A DNA stretch of 64,000 nucleotides from a virus (Duplodnaviria; Heunggongvirae; Uroviricota; Caudoviricetes), in the IMG/VR virus record IMGVR_UViG_3300043172_000799, positions 92,944-156,943 of that record, one strand, 5' to 3'. Each line of letters starts with the position of its first letter. The stretch's first letter is position 1. Under the pieces are notes generated by a model. The model was given only the letters and a program-made list of their open reading frames with translations. It did no database searches and was not told where the DNA came from. Positions 62,627-64,000 of this stretch are shown piece by piece. The translations under genes and the position numbers were made by a program.

Positions 62627-63793
62627 CTAATCTTTAATTTTAAAAACCTGTTTAACGTATTTTACATAATCAGCATCTTCGCACATAAGCTTACCTTTTG
62701 AATCACTAAGTTTAGCTACAGGTCTTCCATTACATTTTACAATTTTCATAACTATTTGTAAAGGAGTAATATTTTCAAAATCATTTGTTAGATGAGTCCC
62801 AATTCCAAATGATAGTTTAGCTTGATCTTTAAATGCATAGTATAAGTCGGCACATTTCTGCATGGTCAAACTATCTGAGAATATTAATGTTTTAGTTTTT
62901 GGATCTATACCTAATTTCTTATAATGAGCTATAGCTTTATCAGCCCATACTTCAGGAGTTCCACTATCATGACGTAAGCCATCAAAGAGTTTAGCAAAGT
63001 ATAAATCAAAATCCACAAGGAATGCATCCATTCCATATGTATCACTAAGTGCTATACCTAAATCTCCTCTATATTCATCTGCCCATTTTTGTAACATATA
63101 GCTTTGAGATTTAACAAGACGTATATCATCCTGTCCAGCTCCTACCATAATATATTCATGAGCCATTGTTCCAATAGGTTTCAGATTATACAGTTTTGCA
63201 AAGTATACATTAGAAGTTCCTTGAAAATTAGGAAGCTTAGAAAATGTAGATATAACAAATTCCTGCCATTCTCTCCCATATCTTCTACGTGTACCAAAAT
63301 CAGCAAATGGAATACCATGCTCTTTTGCATACGCATATTTCTCTTCTAATCGTGTGTACCCACTATTTACTTCTTCTGTACCCATGAGACATGAATGAAA
63401 ACCAAAATAAACTTCATTTACTATTGCTAAAACAGGCACTTCAAACATCACAGTTAGATACCATGGACCTTCTACTTCTATCTGGAGTTCCCAATTGCTG
63501 TCAAGCCAAATTTTAATATGATTTCTATTAGGCTGGTATAGTCTGAGAAAGTCAATAAAATCCTGTTTAAAGAAAGAGAAGGAGGACAGGTATCCTAACT
63601 CACCTTCCTTGAATTTCAGTGTACAGTAATGATCCACTTCTTTGTTGATGTGCTCTAGCATAGCCTCAGTCCAATCTGCTTTGTTCCTGCATTTGAACTT
63701 ATACTTTACATGAGTTGTGTTAAACTGATGTAAGGCACTTTGAAACATAGTAAATTTATATAAGTCAGTATCTAGTAAGCTGTTTATTATCAT
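62627..63793 (-). CDS. pncB: nicotinate phosphoribosyltransferase (PncB)
   Basis: Collinear with E. coli PncB: 'LLDTDLYKFTM', 'GPWYLTVMFEVPVLAIVNE', 'DFGTRRRYGREWQE', 'GTSNVYFAKLYNLKPIGTMAHEY', 'LGIALSDTYGMDAFL', 'GLRHDSGTPEVWADKAIAHYKKLGIDPKTKTLIFSDSL', 'LSFGIGTHLT', 'KIVKCNGRPVAKLSDSKGK'. Confidence 0.9.
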   Translation of the reverse strand: MIINSLLDTDLYKFTMFQSALHQFNTTHVKYKFKCRNKADWTEAMLEHINKEVDHYCTLKFKEGELGYLSSFSFFKQDFIDFLRLYQPNRNHIKIWLDSNWELQIEVEGPWYLTVMFEVPVLAIVNEVYFGFHSCLMGTEEVNSGYTRLEEKYAYAKEHGIPFADFGTRRRYGREWQEFVISTFSKLPNFQGTSNVYFAKLYNLKPIGTMAHEYIMVGAGQDDIRLVKSQSYMLQKWADEYRGDLGIALSDTYGMDAFLVDFDLYFAKLFDGLRHDSGTPEVWADKAIAHYKKLGIDPKTKTLIFSDSLTMQKCADLYYAFKDQAKLSFGIGTHLTNDFENITPLQIVMKIVKCNGRPVAKLSDSKGKLMCEDADYVKYVKQVFKIKD

Positions 63794-63839
63794 ATAGTCC
63801 TCCTAATTATCTTTATAGTGCAACACTATTTATTTTTTG

Positions 63840-64000
63840 TCAAGGTAATCTTCTCTCAAATCTACTATTAATAAATTTTATATTTGCAGTAACCATGTGT
63901 TTATGTTTATTGGCAATATGCCTATTCCAGATGAAATGAAATAATGTTGCCTCATTCCCAGTGTACCATAAATCTATCCACTCAGTGCCTATGGTATCAT
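63840..64000 (-). CDS. 3' end of a minus-strand gene running off the window end
   Basis: Open frame '...DTIGTEWIDLWYTGNEATLFHFIWNRHIANKHKHMVTANIKFINSRFERRLP*'. Its stop overlaps the -35 TTGACA upstream of pncB. Confidence 0.3.
   Translation of the reverse strand, partial: DTIGTEWIDLWYTGNEATLFHFIWNRHIANKHKHMVTANIKFINSRFERRLP

Noticed and set aside
687-63349. All plus-strand ORFs in the track (e.g. 6750..7322, 13447..13731, 31392..31802, 54863..55366)
   Set aside because: They lie antisense to long minus-strand genes with clear motifs. They are Ser/Leu/Phe/Ile-rich low-complexity translations typical of shadow ORFs in AT-rich DNA. They lack RBSs and are never coupled to neighbours.
1-64000. 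tRNA genes / CRISPR arrays
   Set aside because: The few gaps over 150 bp (around 29831..30132, 33049..33371, 49690..50085, 61943..62187) show no GGTTCGANTCC-type T-loop, no cloverleaf I could trace and no regularly spaced direct repeats. A tRNAscan/Aragorn run would be decisive. None is claimed.

Overview
The window is an AT-rich, densely packed stretch of a large virulent phage genome. Every credible gene is on the minus strand. Neighbouring genes frequently overlap by 4 nt (ATGA), consistent with translational coupling. AGGAGG-type Shine-Dalgarno sequences and TTGACA-17-TATAAT-like promoters suggest a low-GC Gram-positive-type host.

Recognisable genes form a T4-like set for replication, recombination and nucleotide metabolism:
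- RecA/UvsX-like recombinase
- Mre11-like nuclease (gp47-like) and an SbcC/Rad50-like ATPase (gp46-like) that appears split into separately encoded halves
- putative SSB
- Dda-like helicase
- family A DNA polymerase with an N-terminal UDG-like domain
- DnaX-like clamp loader and a candidate clamp
- ATP-dependent DNA ligase, RNase H, class II-like RNR with thioredoxin, thymidylate synthase, dNMP kinase, MazG-like NTP pyrophosphatase

Other content:
- Four paralogous free-standing HNH-AP2 homing endonucleases are scattered between core genes.
- There is an unusually rich RNA repair and translation-rescue set: Rnl1-like ligase plus polynucleotide kinase-phosphatase, Rnl2-like ligase, Thg1-like 3'-5' nucleotidyltransferase, a CCA-adding-enzyme-like nucleotidyltransferase and a Pth2 peptidyl-tRNA hydrolase.
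- A contiguous block at about 36.4-43.4 kb combines Thg1-like protein, a DUF262 protein, a small alarmone (ppGpp) hydrolase, a HAD nucleotidase, a macro domain and Pth2. It looks like a counter-defence / host-takeover island.
- Also present: a Hanks-type kinase plus PP2C phosphatase pair, an SPFH/flotillin-like membrane operon with its own promoter and terminator, nicotinate phosphoribosyltransferase (PncB), a lytic transglycosylase and an orphan DNA methyltransferase.

I could not recognise any tRNA, rRNA or CRISPR array by eye. Plus-strand ORFs in the track look like shadow ORFs.
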